Positions 1-11,647 of a stretch of 25,449 nucleotides of DNA are shown piece after piece (the stretch's first letter is position 1; each line of letters opens with the position of its first letter). The stretch is taken from NCBI GenBank assembly GCA_003484395.1, contig DNCV01000073.1, forward strand, positions 1 through 25,449, given 5' to 3'. A program made the translations under genes and the position numbers. Source of the DNA: Dehalococcoidia bacterium (lineage in GTDB: Bacteria; Chloroflexota; Dehalococcoidia; GIF9; UBA5629). Below the pieces are notes generated by a model. That model ran no database searches and was not told the origin of the DNA. It saw nothing but the letters and a program-made list of their open reading frames with translations.

Positions 1-1130
1 TGTTGTCTTGCTTTTCTCTTTTCCACAAGCGCTTTAGCTCCTTTTTCATCATTGACATCGATAAACAGATCACCCGCCTGGACAACGCCGTTAATACCGA
101 GAACCACGGCAGGAGTTGCCGGCTCCGCTTTTTTCAATTGCTTCCCCAAATCATTGAACATCGCTTTCACTTTGCCCATCATTGTGCTGATAACAACGAA
201 ATCACCCACCTTCAATGTGCCTTTCTGCACCAGCAGCGTTGCCAGAGGGCCTTTATTTTTATCCATCTTGGATTCAACAACAATACCTTCCGCCAGACAA
301 TCGACTTCAGCCTTCAGTTCCAAAATATCGGCAAGGAGCAGTAGATTCTCCAGCAATTCTCCGATGCCTTCACGTTTCTTTGCAGACACCGCTACACAGA
401 TAACATCACCACCCCATTCCTCTATGACCAGCCCTTGATCGGATAATTGCTGTTTCACCCTGTCGGGATTCGCATTTGCTTTATCAATCTTGTTCAGGGC
501 TACAACAATAGGCACTCCGGCCGCTTTGGCATGGTTAATGGCTTCAACAGTTTGCGGCTGCACGCCGTCATCGGCAGCTACAACGAGAACAGCAATATCC
601 GTTGCCCGCGCACCTCTCGCTCTCATTGCGGTAAATGCTTCATGCCCCGGCGTATCAAGAATAGTAATTTTTCGTCCTTCCATCTCTACCTGATAGGCAC
701 CTATATGCTGTGTGATGGCACCCGCCTCGGTTGCAACGACGTTACTTTTACGGATCGCATCCAGTAAACTGGTTTTCCCGTGATCAACATGGCCCATGAT
801 TGTAATAACCGGAGGCCGGGGTACAAGCTTACCGCCTTCGGATATTTTCGCTTTTATCATCTGCTGCGTTGCAGGGAGGCGTTTTGCACGGAAACCGAAT
901 TCTCTCGCAATACTTTCTGCGATGACAAAATCCACCGTCTGGTTGATATTTGCCATGATACCCATTCGCATGAGCTGTTTGATAGCATCTATTGGGGATA
1001 TCCCCATAGCATCAGCCAGATATTTGACGCTGACGACAGGAGGTAAACTGACTTGGGGCAGCATTCGTACCCCGGTCTTGGATTCCTGCCCTTCATGTCG
1101 CGCTGCAATCTTCTTTTTCTCTTCGGTCAT
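1..1130 (-). CDS. infB: Translation initiation factor IF-2, N-terminal ~376 codons; runs off the window start; absent from the ORF track
   Basis: Manual translation from ATG at 1130: [14 protein letters not shown]...[23 protein letters not shown]...ITQHIGAY...[17 protein letters not shown]...NKIDK (G1, G3, G4 motifs). The start overlaps the upstream stop (TAATG). Confidence 0.98.
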   Translation of the reverse strand, partial: MTEEKKKIAARHEGQESKTGVRMLPQVSLPPVVSVKYLADAMGISPIDAIKQLMRMGIMANINQTVDFVIAESIAREFGFRAKRLPATQQMIKAKISEGGKLVPRPPVITIMGHVDHGKTSLLDAIRKSNVVATEAGAITQHIGAYQVEMEGRKITILDTPGHEAFTAMRARGARATDIAVLVVAADDGVQPQTVEAINHAKAAGVPIVVALNKIDKANANPDRVKQQLSDQGLVIEEWGGDVICVAVSAKKREGIGELLENLLLLADILELKAEVDCLAEGIVVESKMDKNKGPLATLLVQKGTLKVGDFVVISTMMGKVKAMFNDLGKQLKKAEPATPAVVLGINGVVQAGDLFIDVNDEKGAKALVEKRKARQ

Positions 1131-1414
1131 TATTCTATGCTTCCTTGCTTCGACATGTTTTTACTATATTCAACCAGCCGTTCTCTGGATTCGTCACTCA
1201 GCTTGGTACGCAACACCTGATCAAGTCTATTTTTTGTAAGAGCAGCTTTCCAGCATACAACCGAGTTACAGAGATAGGCACCCCTTCCTGGCATTTTGCC
1301 TTTGGTATCAATCGATATCTCATCACCATTCCTCACAAGACGTATCAGATCCCTCTTATTTTTTACCTGCCTGCATATAACACAACTCCGCTGGGGTACG
1401 CGCAGTTGTCTCAT
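1130..1414 (-). CDS. rnpM: YlxR/RnpM (DUF448) RNA-binding protein, 94 aa
   Basis: PQRSCVICR...GRGAYLC...C motifs; typical position between nusA and infB. Start placed at ATG 1414 (MRQLRVPQ) because the track start at 1459 lies inside nusA. Confidence 0.9.
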   Translation of the reverse strand: MRQLRVPQRSCVICRQVKNKRDLIRLVRNGDEISIDTKGKMPGRGAYLCNSVVCWKAALTKNRLDQVLRTKLSDESRERLVEYSKNMSKQGSIE

Positions 1415-1433
1415 CAATCTATTGCCAGACTCA

Positions 1434-2855
1434 CTAAGAGGCATCTTCCTCCTCAACATACGTATGCTTGGATTTTACCTTTTTCCCTTTGCCTCCGCGA
1501 GCATCAATATCCCTTTTGCCGCCCTTCTGTTTCCTCGCTCTTGAAGGTAGTATATCTTCAGCAAACCGTATCTGCGGACCTGTTGGTGAAATAGGCGGAG
1601 CAGGAAATCCTGTCGTGAATACAAGCTCATAATCAGCCGGTTCCTCTTCCACTGGTTCTTCTTGCTCCTGCTCCTGAATTTCTTCTTGTTCCCCAGGCGC
1701 AGCTTCAATGATAGTATCTGATTCTGCAACCGGAGCAGCAATAACAGCTTCTTCGATTTCTTCAGGTTCTTCAACTTCAACAGCAGGTTCTTCTTCCGCC
1801 GGCAATAGCGCCTTTTCAGCCTCGACTGCAGAGAGACTCTTTATATCAATTCTCCAGCCGGTAAGTTTTGCCGCCAGACGGGCGTTCTGTCCTTCTTTGC
1901 CGATAGCAAGCGATAACTGCTTGTCCGGTACGACAACCGTGGCAACGCCTTCTTCTGCATTCAACTCAACATGCGACACCTGGGCAGGGCTCAGCGCATT
2001 CGCAATGAAAACCTTTTGGTCATCGGACCACTGGATCACATCGATTTTCTCGCCGTTGAATTCATTAATGATGTTCTGAATTCTAATGCCCCGCAGACCG
2101 ACGCAACAGCCTATGGGATCGATCCCTTCCTGACGGGCAACGACTGCAACTTTACTCCTGTATCCCGGCTCACGTGCAACTGCCTTTAACTCTACTGCCC
2201 CACTCGCTATTTCAGGTATCTCCAGCTCAAATAAACGCCGCAACAGATCACGGTGGGCGCGGGATAAAATAATCTCAGAACCTCTCGGCTTCTTCTGAAC
2301 GTCGAGAAGATAGAATTTCAGCCGGCGTCCGATGCGATAGCGCTCGTTATGCACCTGCTCTTTAAGCGGCAAAATCGCTTCTGCCTTGCCGACATCAACA
2401 TAAATTGCATCAGGAGTAAGCCGCTGTATTGAACCCGTAATAATATCAGTCACCCTGAAGGTGAACTCTTTAAAAATAGTATCGTGTTCCGCTTCATGTA
2501 ACCGCTGCAGGATCACCTGACGCGCCGTCTGTGCAGCAATACGTCCCGAATTCGGAGGCGTATCTTCGATGCTGATGACATCATCGATACGGGCATTCTT
2601 ATCGATTTTACGGGCATCCTTGAGCGTTATTTCGAGGAGCTGATCAGTAACCTCCTCGACTACTTTCTTCCTGACATATACTTTCACATCTCCGGTGCTC
2701 GAACTGATTTTCACTACGATGTCCTGAGTAGGAGAAAAGATATTCTTCTTATAAGCTGATACGAGAGCTGATTCAACAGCAGCTAATACTACCTCTTTGG
2801 ACAGATTTTTCTCTGCCGCCAGTTGAGTTATAGCAACCATGAATTCGGTTTTCAT
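1434..2855 (-). CDS. nusA: Transcription termination/antitermination factor NusA with a long low-complexity C-terminal extension
   Basis: AREPGYRSKVAV, DPIGCCVGLRGIRIQNI, LSLAIGKEGQNARLAAKLTGWRIDI (S1 and KH domains); G-rich SD upstream. Confidence 0.98.
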   Translation of the reverse strand: MKTEFMVAITQLAAEKNLSKEVVLAAVESALVSAYKKNIFSPTQDIVVKISSSTGDVKVYVRKKVVEEVTDQLLEITLKDARKIDKNARIDDVISIEDTPPNSGRIAAQTARQVILQRLHEAEHDTIFKEFTFRVTDIITGSIQRLTPDAIYVDVGKAEAILPLKEQVHNERYRIGRRLKFYLLDVQKKPRGSEIILSRAHRDLLRRLFELEIPEIASGAVELKAVAREPGYRSKVAVVARQEGIDPIGCCVGLRGIRIQNIINEFNGEKIDVIQWSDDQKVFIANALSPAQVSHVELNAEEGVATVVVPDKQLSLAIGKEGQNARLAAKLTGWRIDIKSLSAVEAEKALLPAEEEPAVEVEEPEEIEEAVIAAPVAESDTIIEAAPGEQEEIQEQEQEEPVEEEPADYELVFTTGFPAPPISPTGPQIRFAEDILPSRARKQKGGKRDIDARGGKGKKVKSKHTYVEEEDAS

Positions 2856-2898
2856 CGACTATCAACCCCCATAATGCGTTCCCGCATATTACTCCAAT

Positions 2899-2926
2899 AA
2901 AAAAGTGGGACTCAGGCCCCACTTTT
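2899..2926 (-). terminator. Leader terminator/attenuator hairpin upstream of nusA (rimP-leader-like)
   Basis: Minus strand AAAAGTGGG-G-CCTGAG-T-CCCACTTTT-TT. Arms 2918-2926 and 2901-2909 pair perfectly, followed by a U-rich tail. Lies between the predicted promoter and the nusA start. Confidence 0.75.
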
Positions 2927-2949
2927 AAGTCAAGAATAGGTTTTGAAAT

Positions 2950-2978
2950 ATTGTAACACACCGCTTACATAAAAACAA
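2950..2978 (-). promoter_or_regulatory. Predicted sigma70-type promoter for nusA-rnpM-infB
   Basis: TTGTTT (2978-2973), 17 nt spacer, TACAAT (2955-2950) with extended -10 TG at 2958-2957. Confidence 0.6.
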
Positions 2979-3001
2979 ATGTATCGGGGCTTCACAGAAC
3001 G

Positions 3002-3019
3002 TTACATCGTCAATCCTCC
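3002..3019 (-). other. SD plus start-stop element (GGAGG-N7-ATG-TAA) directly after the dxs stop
   Basis: Minus strand reads TAA(dxs)-T-GGAGG-ATTGACG-ATG-TAA. The sequence is seen directly; function is unknown. Confidence 0.4.
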
Positions 3020-3020
3020 A

Positions 3021-4922
3021 TTAAATTGTCCGCACACTCTGTTTACGCTGTGCATGCAGCAAGGACGCCACCTCATTAACAATCCCTTCTGCATTTAGTC
3101 CATATTTGGCACGAAGAACATGCTGAGGGCCGTGTTCGACAAATTCATCAGGTATGCCCAGACGTTTCACCTGGATATTGCTTATACCCGAGGAAGACAA
3201 AAGTTCAAGCACAGCAGCACCGAAACCGCTGCTTAAAACGTTCTCCTCAACAGTCAATACTTTTCGGGTATTTGCTGCCAGATCAAGTATCGACGATGAA
3301 TCGAGTGGCCTTGCGAATCGTGCATTAAATACGGCAGCGTCTATTCCCAGCTTCTGTAACTGCTGTGATGCAGCCAACGCAGGCTGAACCATTGCTCCTA
3401 TGGCAATAATAGCAATATCCTTGCCTGATACAAGCAGCTCACCTTTTCCTGCCGGTAACTGATGCAAGTCAGCATCAAGAGAAACACCCAGCCCGGGACT
3501 TCTAGGATACCGGATAGCCATAGGATGAGCGTTTTGTACTCCGGTAAATAGCATGTGCTGCAATTCGTTTTCGTCCTTGGGGGCAGCTACAATCATATTG
3601 GGCATGAATGACAAATAGGAAAGGTCAAATATCCCCTGATGAGTTTTGCCGTCATCACCGACAATACCACCGCGGTCGAGAGCAAAGACTACCGATAAAT
3701 CCTGCAAACAGACATCATGCAATATTTGATCGAAGGCACGCTGTAAAAACGTGGAGTAGATAGCAACAACAGGCTTGAATCCCCGTATTGCAAGGCCAGC
3801 AGCCAGAGTGACGGCATGTTCCTCACAAATACCGACATCAAAAAATCTTTCAGGGAACTCTTTGGCTACATCTTGCAGACAATTCCCTTCAGACATGGCA
3901 GCGGTAATAACCACAACTTTTGGATCATTCCGTGTAATCGTAAGCATGGTATCTGAAAACGTCTCGCTGTAGGTTGGAATCTTCGGCGTAATATCGGATT
4001 GTTTTGTCCGTTTAGGCGATACGCTATGATAAAGCTGGGGAGACTGTTCGGCAGCAGAGAAACCCTTGCCCTTCGTCGTTACGATATGGAGGAAAACAGG
4101 CCCGTCCGTATAATGCTTCGCCTGTTCGAACGCTGCCGTAAGATCCGCGATGGAATGCCCATCAAAAGGCCCCATATACATAAATCCAAGCTCTTCCCAG
4201 AGGAACGTCGGCATAGCAACCGCTTTTGCTCCACGGGTAAGGCGATTGATTAATGATTCGAGTTTCTTTCCCCAGTTTGATGCGGACAGAAATTTTATCG
4301 ATGCCTTTTTGGCTTCCTTAACCCTGTTATCAAGTCGAATGCTACTCAGTGCCCTTGATAATGCTCCTACAGTCGGCGAAATAGACATGCCATTATCGAT
4401 AAGCATTACAATAAGACGGGTGCCGATATGACCGGCATGATTGAGTGCTTCAAATGCCATGCCTCCCGTCAGCGAACCATCACCGATGACGGCGATCACG
4501 TTATGCTTCTCTCCGGCAAGATCGCGAGCGATAGCCATACCGAGTGCTGCAGAGATTGACGTGCTGGCGTGTCCGGCGGCAAACGCGTCATGTTCGCTCT
4601 CCGCAGGATCAGGGAAGCCAGATATCCCCTTATACTGTCTGAGAGAAGAGAAACGCCCCTGCCTGCCCGTCAGCAATTTATGTACATAGCTTTGATGACC
4701 GGCATCCCAGATTATCTTATCAACGGGGCTGTTAAAAACACGATGCAGAGCGACAGTAAACTCAACGACACCCAGATTGGATGCAAGATGCCCTCCGGTT
4801 TCCGTTACCGTTTTTACGAGAACTTCTCTAATCTCCGAACATAATTCATCCAGCTCTTCTGAAGATAATTGTTTCAGAGCTTCCTGAAAATTTTGAGTGT
4901 ATAATCGATCTGTCATACTCAT
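3021..4922 (-). CDS. dxs: 1-deoxy-D-xylulose-5-phosphate synthase
   Basis: GGHLASNLGVVE, WDAGHQSYVHKLLTGR, GHASTSISAALG, GDGSLTGGMAFEALN, DVGICEEHAV, YSTFLQRAFDQ. Alternative start at 4916. Confidence 0.98.
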   Translation of the reverse strand: MSMTDRLYTQNFQEALKQLSSEELDELCSEIREVLVKTVTETGGHLASNLGVVEFTVALHRVFNSPVDKIIWDAGHQSYVHKLLTGRQGRFSSLRQYKGISGFPDPAESEHDAFAAGHASTSISAALGMAIARDLAGEKHNVIAVIGDGSLTGGMAFEALNHAGHIGTRLIVMLIDNGMSISPTVGALSRALSSIRLDNRVKEAKKASIKFLSASNWGKKLESLINRLTRGAKAVAMPTFLWEELGFMYMGPFDGHSIADLTAAFEQAKHYTDGPVFLHIVTTKGKGFSAAEQSPQLYHSVSPKRTKQSDITPKIPTYSETFSDTMLTITRNDPKVVVITAAMSEGNCLQDVAKEFPERFFDVGICEEHAVTLAAGLAIRGFKPVVAIYSTFLQRAFDQILHDVCLQDLSVVFALDRGGIVGDDGKTHQGIFDLSYLSFMPNMIVAAPKDENELQHMLFTGVQNAHPMAIRYPRSPGLGVSLDADLHQLPAGKGELLVSGKDIAIIAIGAMVQPALAASQQLQKLGIDAAVFNARFARPLDSSSILDLAANTRKVLTVEENVLSSGFGAAVLELLSSSGISNIQVKRLGIPDEFVEHGPQHVLRAKYGLNAEGIVNEVASLLHAQRKQSVRTI

Positions 4923-4989
4923 CTCTACTCAGGCAACCTATAGGCCGCTTGTTATTATCAACACAACTATCGATCTCAAACGATTGAAT

Positions 4990-5018
4990 AGGATAAAACG
5001 GAACAGAATCATTGTCAA
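4990..5018 (-). promoter_or_regulatory. Predicted sigma70-type promoter for dxs
   Basis: TTGACA (5018-5013), 17 nt spacer, TATCCT (4995-4990) in the uppS-dxs gap. Confidence 0.6.
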
Positions 5019-5053
5019 CTGCCCTGAAGTAAGGCCAGCCTATGAATATAATA

Positions 5054-5767
5054 CTAACACCCTGCCAATTTCCCAAAACGTCGCTGCCTTTGGTTGTAGT
5101 TAATTAATGCAGCCTCAATCTCTTGTTCCTTAAAATCCGGCCATAAAACAAGCGTGCTGTAGATTTCTGCATACGCAGCTTGCCACAGCAAAAAATTACT
5201 CAACCTCATTTCGCCGCCGGTGCGGATAATCAAATCGGGATCAGGTATATCAGCAGTAAATAAATAGCGGGCAACTGTATTCTCATCTACCTTTTTTGAG
5301 GGTATTCCGCTGTCAATAATTCTCCGTACCGCCCTGACTATCTCATCGCGACCACCGTAATTGAATGCCAAATTCAGTATCATCGCAGAATTGTTTGCCG
5401 TAAGTTCGATTACTTCTCGTATCTTATCCTGAATAATCCTGGGAATTCCTTCGATCGTCCCCAGATGACGTACCCTGATATTCTGTTCACGGGCGACAGC
5501 AAGTCCGGCATCCAAATTTGCAATGAACAACTTCATCAGCCCGTCCACTTCACCCGATGGACGACCCCAGTTCTCGGTTGAAAAAACGAACAGTGTTAAA
5601 TAGGGAATGCCATAGCGCCTTATGTTTTCGATGACGGAACGGGCATTATACGCACCCTGTTTATGCCCTTCGCTTCTCGGAAGGTTATGTTCCTGTGCCC
5701 AACGTCCATTGCCATCCATGATAATGGCTACATGTTGTGGTAATTGATTAAATTTTTCTGAGAGCAT
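5054..5767 (-). CDS. uppS: Polyprenyl (undecaprenyl) diphosphate synthase, cis-prenyltransferase
   Basis: HVAIIMDGNGRWA, FSTENWGRP, PDPDLIIRTGGEMRLSNFLLWQAAYAE, LWPDF, RQRRFG. Confidence 0.97.
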   Translation of the reverse strand: MLSEKFNQLPQHVAIIMDGNGRWAQEHNLPRSEGHKQGAYNARSVIENIRRYGIPYLTLFVFSTENWGRPSGEVDGLMKLFIANLDAGLAVAREQNIRVRHLGTIEGIPRIIQDKIREVIELTANNSAMILNLAFNYGGRDEIVRAVRRIIDSGIPSKKVDENTVARYLFTADIPDPDLIIRTGGEMRLSNFLLWQAAYAEIYSTLVLWPDFKEQEIEAALINYNQRQRRFGKLAGC

Positions 5768-5796
5768 ACATATCTATTAGCAAAATACATGCGGAT

Positions 5797-5845
5797 AAAG
5801 AAAAAGGCCGAGCCACACCGCTTAAGCGCCGTTGCCCGACCTTTT
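5797..5845 (-). terminator. Long imperfect hairpin with U tail downstream of the 46-aa gene; probable intrinsic terminator
   Basis: Minus strand AAAAGGTCGGG...CTCGGCCTTTT forms 11 bp including 2 G-U pairs, with an inner CGC-TTAA-GCG stem, followed by TCTTT. Confidence 0.6.
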
Positions 5846-5871
5846 CAGAAGACCCCTGGTATTCGAGAATC

Positions 5872-6012
5872 CTAGCTCTTGCCGATTCTGAACATCTTGG
5901 TGCCGCAGGTCGGACAAACGCCCTGGGTCGCCGGTTTTCCGTTCTTCATTTTGATTGCTTTGGGATTCTTCATCTCTTTCTTGGCTCGGCATTTCATACA
6001 GTAAGCTTGCAT
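5872..6012 (-). CDS. Small basic zinc-ribbon protein, DUF5679-like, 46 aa; not in the ORF track
   Basis: Manual translation MQAYCMKCRAKKEMKNPKAIKMKNGKPATQGVCPTCGTKMFRIGKS* with two CxxC motifs; SD AGGGAGG at 6029-6023. Family name is from recognition, not a search. Confidence 0.88.
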   Translation of the reverse strand: MQAYCMKCRAKKEMKNPKAIKMKNGKPATQGVCPTCGTKMFRIGKS

Positions 6013-6041
6013 TTAAGATCAACCTCCCTTTTTAATTTACG

Positions 6042-6070
6042 ATGATATCGTATTTGTACACTCGTGTCAA
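6042..6070 (-). promoter_or_regulatory. Near-consensus sigma70 promoter for the 46-aa gene
   Basis: TTGACA (6070-6065), 17 nt spacer, TATCAT (6047-6042). Confidence 0.8.
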
Positions 6071-6105
6071 TAGGAAACAAGTACTAAAATGAAAGTTTTT
6101 TAAAA

Positions 6106-7515
6106 TTAAACTCCAATCAGCTTTCGCCCGGCGGATAGCAGATCGTTAACTTTCTGCATGCTGTCGCTTTCCGCATAGATACGGACAAGGGGTTCCGTCC
6201 CAGAAAACCGCAGCAGCAGCCAGGAATCATCTTCGAGCATGTAGCGGAAACCATCCTGGGTATCAAGTTTTTTCACTTTCATCCCCGCAAGCACGTCAAC
6301 CGGCCCCAGCCTGCCCAGTAATGTCTTGCCCTCATTCCCGCTGAGATGATGGTCGATGCGATCATAGTAATGCTCGCCCACCTTGCTGAACAGATAGGCC
6401 ACCAGTTGAGACGGCGTTTTGCCGGTTTTCACCATAAGATCGAGGAAAAAGAGGCCGGCCAGAATACCGTCACGCTCAGGTACATTGCCTTTGAATCCAT
6501 ATCCACCGCTCTCCTCACCGCCAATCATGGCATCCTTGTCCACCATAACCGGGGCAACATATTTGAAACCCACTTTCGTTTCATAAACAGGCACATCGTA
6601 AAGCTTGCCCAGCCGGTAAATCATGGTGGTGGAGCAGAGGCTTTTCACAATAGGGCCGCGCTCCTTGCGCACGTCGAGCAGGTAGAGCGACAGCAAGGCG
6701 AAAACCTGATGGGGGTTAAGAAATACACCGTTCTCATCGACGATGCCGATCCTGTCCGAATCGCCGTCATTGGCGATGCCGACATCAGCCTTCGATTTCT
6801 TTACCAGCGTAGATAGCTCCTGCAGATTTTTGGCGATCGGCTCCGGCTGCAATCCGGGAAACGCCGGGTTGCGCTCGCCATGAAGCTCGACAAGGTCGAT
6901 TTTTCCGCCCTGAAATAGCTCCCGAAAATAGCCGATGCCCGCTCCGAACATGGCATCATGGACCACATTCAGCTTACACCGACTCAGGGCTTTGTAATCG
7001 ATCAGACCAGCGATATGATCGCGGTAGGCCGGGAACGGATCGAAAAATTCGATGAGCCCATCTTTTTTGCCCGTTTCAATATCAATGCGTTTTATGGTGC
7101 TAGCGGAGAGCGCATGGTTGGCGTGATGCTGGATTTTCTCCACTATATCCCCGGGCGCACTGGCGCCTGAGGAGTCCTTATATTTGAAACCGTTCCATCG
7201 TCCCGGATTGTGGCTGGCGGTGATGACCACCCCTCCGGCAGCCTTGTAGGCAACGATCGCATAGCTGAGCACCGGCGTAGGCACAGCGTTCGATGAAAGG
7301 TAAACCTTGATTCCGTTAGCAGCGATAACCTCCGCGGTTGCCGCGGCAAAATCCTCGGAGGCAAAACGGGTATCATAGCCGATGACGACAGGTTTTCTTG
7401 TTTGCTGTACTTCTCTCAGATATTCGACCACCCCCTGCGCACAGGCACGCACATTGTCAAAAGTAAAATCTTCGGCAATAACGGCACGCCAGCCATCAGT
7501 TCCGAATGTTATCAT
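6106..7515 (-). CDS. Phosphoglucomutase/phosphomannomutase (alpha-D-phosphohexomutase) family protein
   Basis: FGTDGWR, ITASHNP (phosphoserine motif), NDGDSDRIG (metal loop), GEESGG, RFSGTEPLVRIYAE; SD AAGGAG. Confidence 0.93.
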   Translation of the reverse strand: MITFGTDGWRAVIAEDFTFDNVRACAQGVVEYLREVQQTRKPVVIGYDTRFASEDFAAATAEVIAANGIKVYLSSNAVPTPVLSYAIVAYKAAGGVVITASHNPGRWNGFKYKDSSGASAPGDIVEKIQHHANHALSASTIKRIDIETGKKDGLIEFFDPFPAYRDHIAGLIDYKALSRCKLNVVHDAMFGAGIGYFRELFQGGKIDLVELHGERNPAFPGLQPEPIAKNLQELSTLVKKSKADVGIANDGDSDRIGIVDENGVFLNPHQVFALLSLYLLDVRKERGPIVKSLCSTTMIYRLGKLYDVPVYETKVGFKYVAPVMVDKDAMIGGEESGGYGFKGNVPERDGILAGLFFLDLMVKTGKTPSQLVAYLFSKVGEHYYDRIDHHLSGNEGKTLLGRLGPVDVLAGMKVKKLDTQDGFRYMLEDDSWLLLRFSGTEPLVRIYAESDSMQKVNDLLSAGRKLIGV

Positions 7516-7564
7516 GTCACTTCTCCTTCTTTATTGTTGCCGCCGGTTCTATAATGCCGGCCGC

Positions 7565-8776
7565 CTACTTTAAGCCGGCTTCTTTCCGCAGTGCAGCAGC
7601 TTTATCCGTTTTCTCCCAGGGAACCTCAATGTCGGTTCTGCCAAAATGGCCGTAAGCAGCGAGCGGCAGGTAGATGGGACGCCTCAAATCAAAGTGGCGT
7701 ATGATCGCCTCCGGGCGCAAATCGAAATGCTTCTTGATCAGTTTGAGTATGAGATCATCCGAAATCTTTCCGGTACCGAACGTCTCCACAGAGAGCGACA
7801 GAGGATGAGCGACGCCGATCGAGTAGGAAATTTGCAATTCGCAGCGATCCGTCAGTCCTGCGGCAACGACATTTTTGGCCACATATCTGGCCATATAGCT
7901 TGCGGAACGGTCGACTTTCGTCGGATCCTTGCCTGAAAAAGCTCCGCCGCCGTGCCTGCCCGCTCCGCCATAGGTGTCCACGAGTATTTTGCGTCCGGTG
8001 AACCCGGTATCGGAAACAGGGCCGCCGATCTCAAACCGGCCAGCACTATTTACGTAGTATTTGGTTTTGCTATCGAGCAGCTTTGCCGGAATGATCGCCT
8101 TTACGACTTTCTCTATGATATCGCGATGAATCGTCTCGTTATCGACATCGGGATCGTGGTGAGCGCCGATAACGACAGCCTCCACTCTCTTCGGAACGCC
8201 ATGGTCATATTCAACTGTCACCTGCGATTTCCCATCGGGACGCAGGTAAGGGATTGTTTTTTCCTTTCTGGTCTGAGCCAACCGCTGTGCCAATTTGTGA
8301 GCCAGCGCAATGGGCAGAGGCATAAGCTCCGGAGTCTCGTTACAGGCGAGACCGAACATCATGCCCTGGTCTCCGGCGCCGGTTTTATCGAGGTCATCTT
8401 TACCATTGGTGCCGCGTGTCTCCAGCGCACGGGTAACGCCGGCATTAATATCCGTCGATTGCTGCTTGATCGATACCATGATGCCGCAACTGCGATAATC
8501 GAATCCATAGTCGGGATTGGTATAGCCGATACGGCGCACGACATCGCGCACCACATCGGGAATTTCGACATAGCTCTGCGTTGTAATCTCTCCAAGGACG
8601 ACCACAAGGCCGAGTGTCACCGCAGTTTCACAGGCAACGTGAGCATATTTATCGTTTTCCAGTATTGCATCGAGAACGGCATCGGATATTTGATCGCACA
8701 TCTTATCGGGATGCCCTTCGGTCACCGATTCCGAGGTAAATAAATAGGAAGCATCGTTGAGGAAACTCATTGACAT
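7565..8776 (-). CDS. metK: S-adenosylmethionine synthetase
   Basis: [46 protein letters not shown]. Start at 8776 has SD AAGGAG; the track start at 8854 overlaps ahcY. Confidence 0.98.
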   Translation of the reverse strand: MSMSFLNDASYLFTSESVTEGHPDKMCDQISDAVLDAILENDKYAHVACETAVTLGLVVVLGEITTQSYVEIPDVVRDVVRRIGYTNPDYGFDYRSCGIMVSIKQQSTDINAGVTRALETRGTNGKDDLDKTGAGDQGMMFGLACNETPELMPLPIALAHKLAQRLAQTRKEKTIPYLRPDGKSQVTVEYDHGVPKRVEAVVIGAHHDPDVDNETIHRDIIEKVVKAIIPAKLLDSKTKYYVNSAGRFEIGGPVSDTGFTGRKILVDTYGGAGRHGGGAFSGKDPTKVDRSASYMARYVAKNVVAAGLTDRCELQISYSIGVAHPLSLSVETFGTGKISDDLILKLIKKHFDLRPEAIIRHFDLRRPIYLPLAAYGHFGRTDIEVPWEKTDKAAALRKEAGLK

Positions 8777-8798
8777 CGTTAATTCTCCTTCAAGTTGA

Positions 8799-11644
<2,846 letters not shown>

Positions 11645-11647
11645 AAT

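Noticed and set aside
3-1239. Plus-strand ORFs at the window start
   Set aside because: Antisense to infB, which the track omits because it has no stop codon inside the window.
2773-2961. 62-aa minus ORF as a leader peptide or rimP remnant
   Set aside because: Starts inside the predicted promoter, overlaps nusA out of frame and shows no RimP-like sequence.
5822-6022. Track ORF of 66 aa (MILNASLL...)
   Set aside because: Wrong-frame shadow of the 46-aa CxxC gene at 5872-6012; its start codon abuts the SD (0 nt spacing) and its end runs into the terminator.
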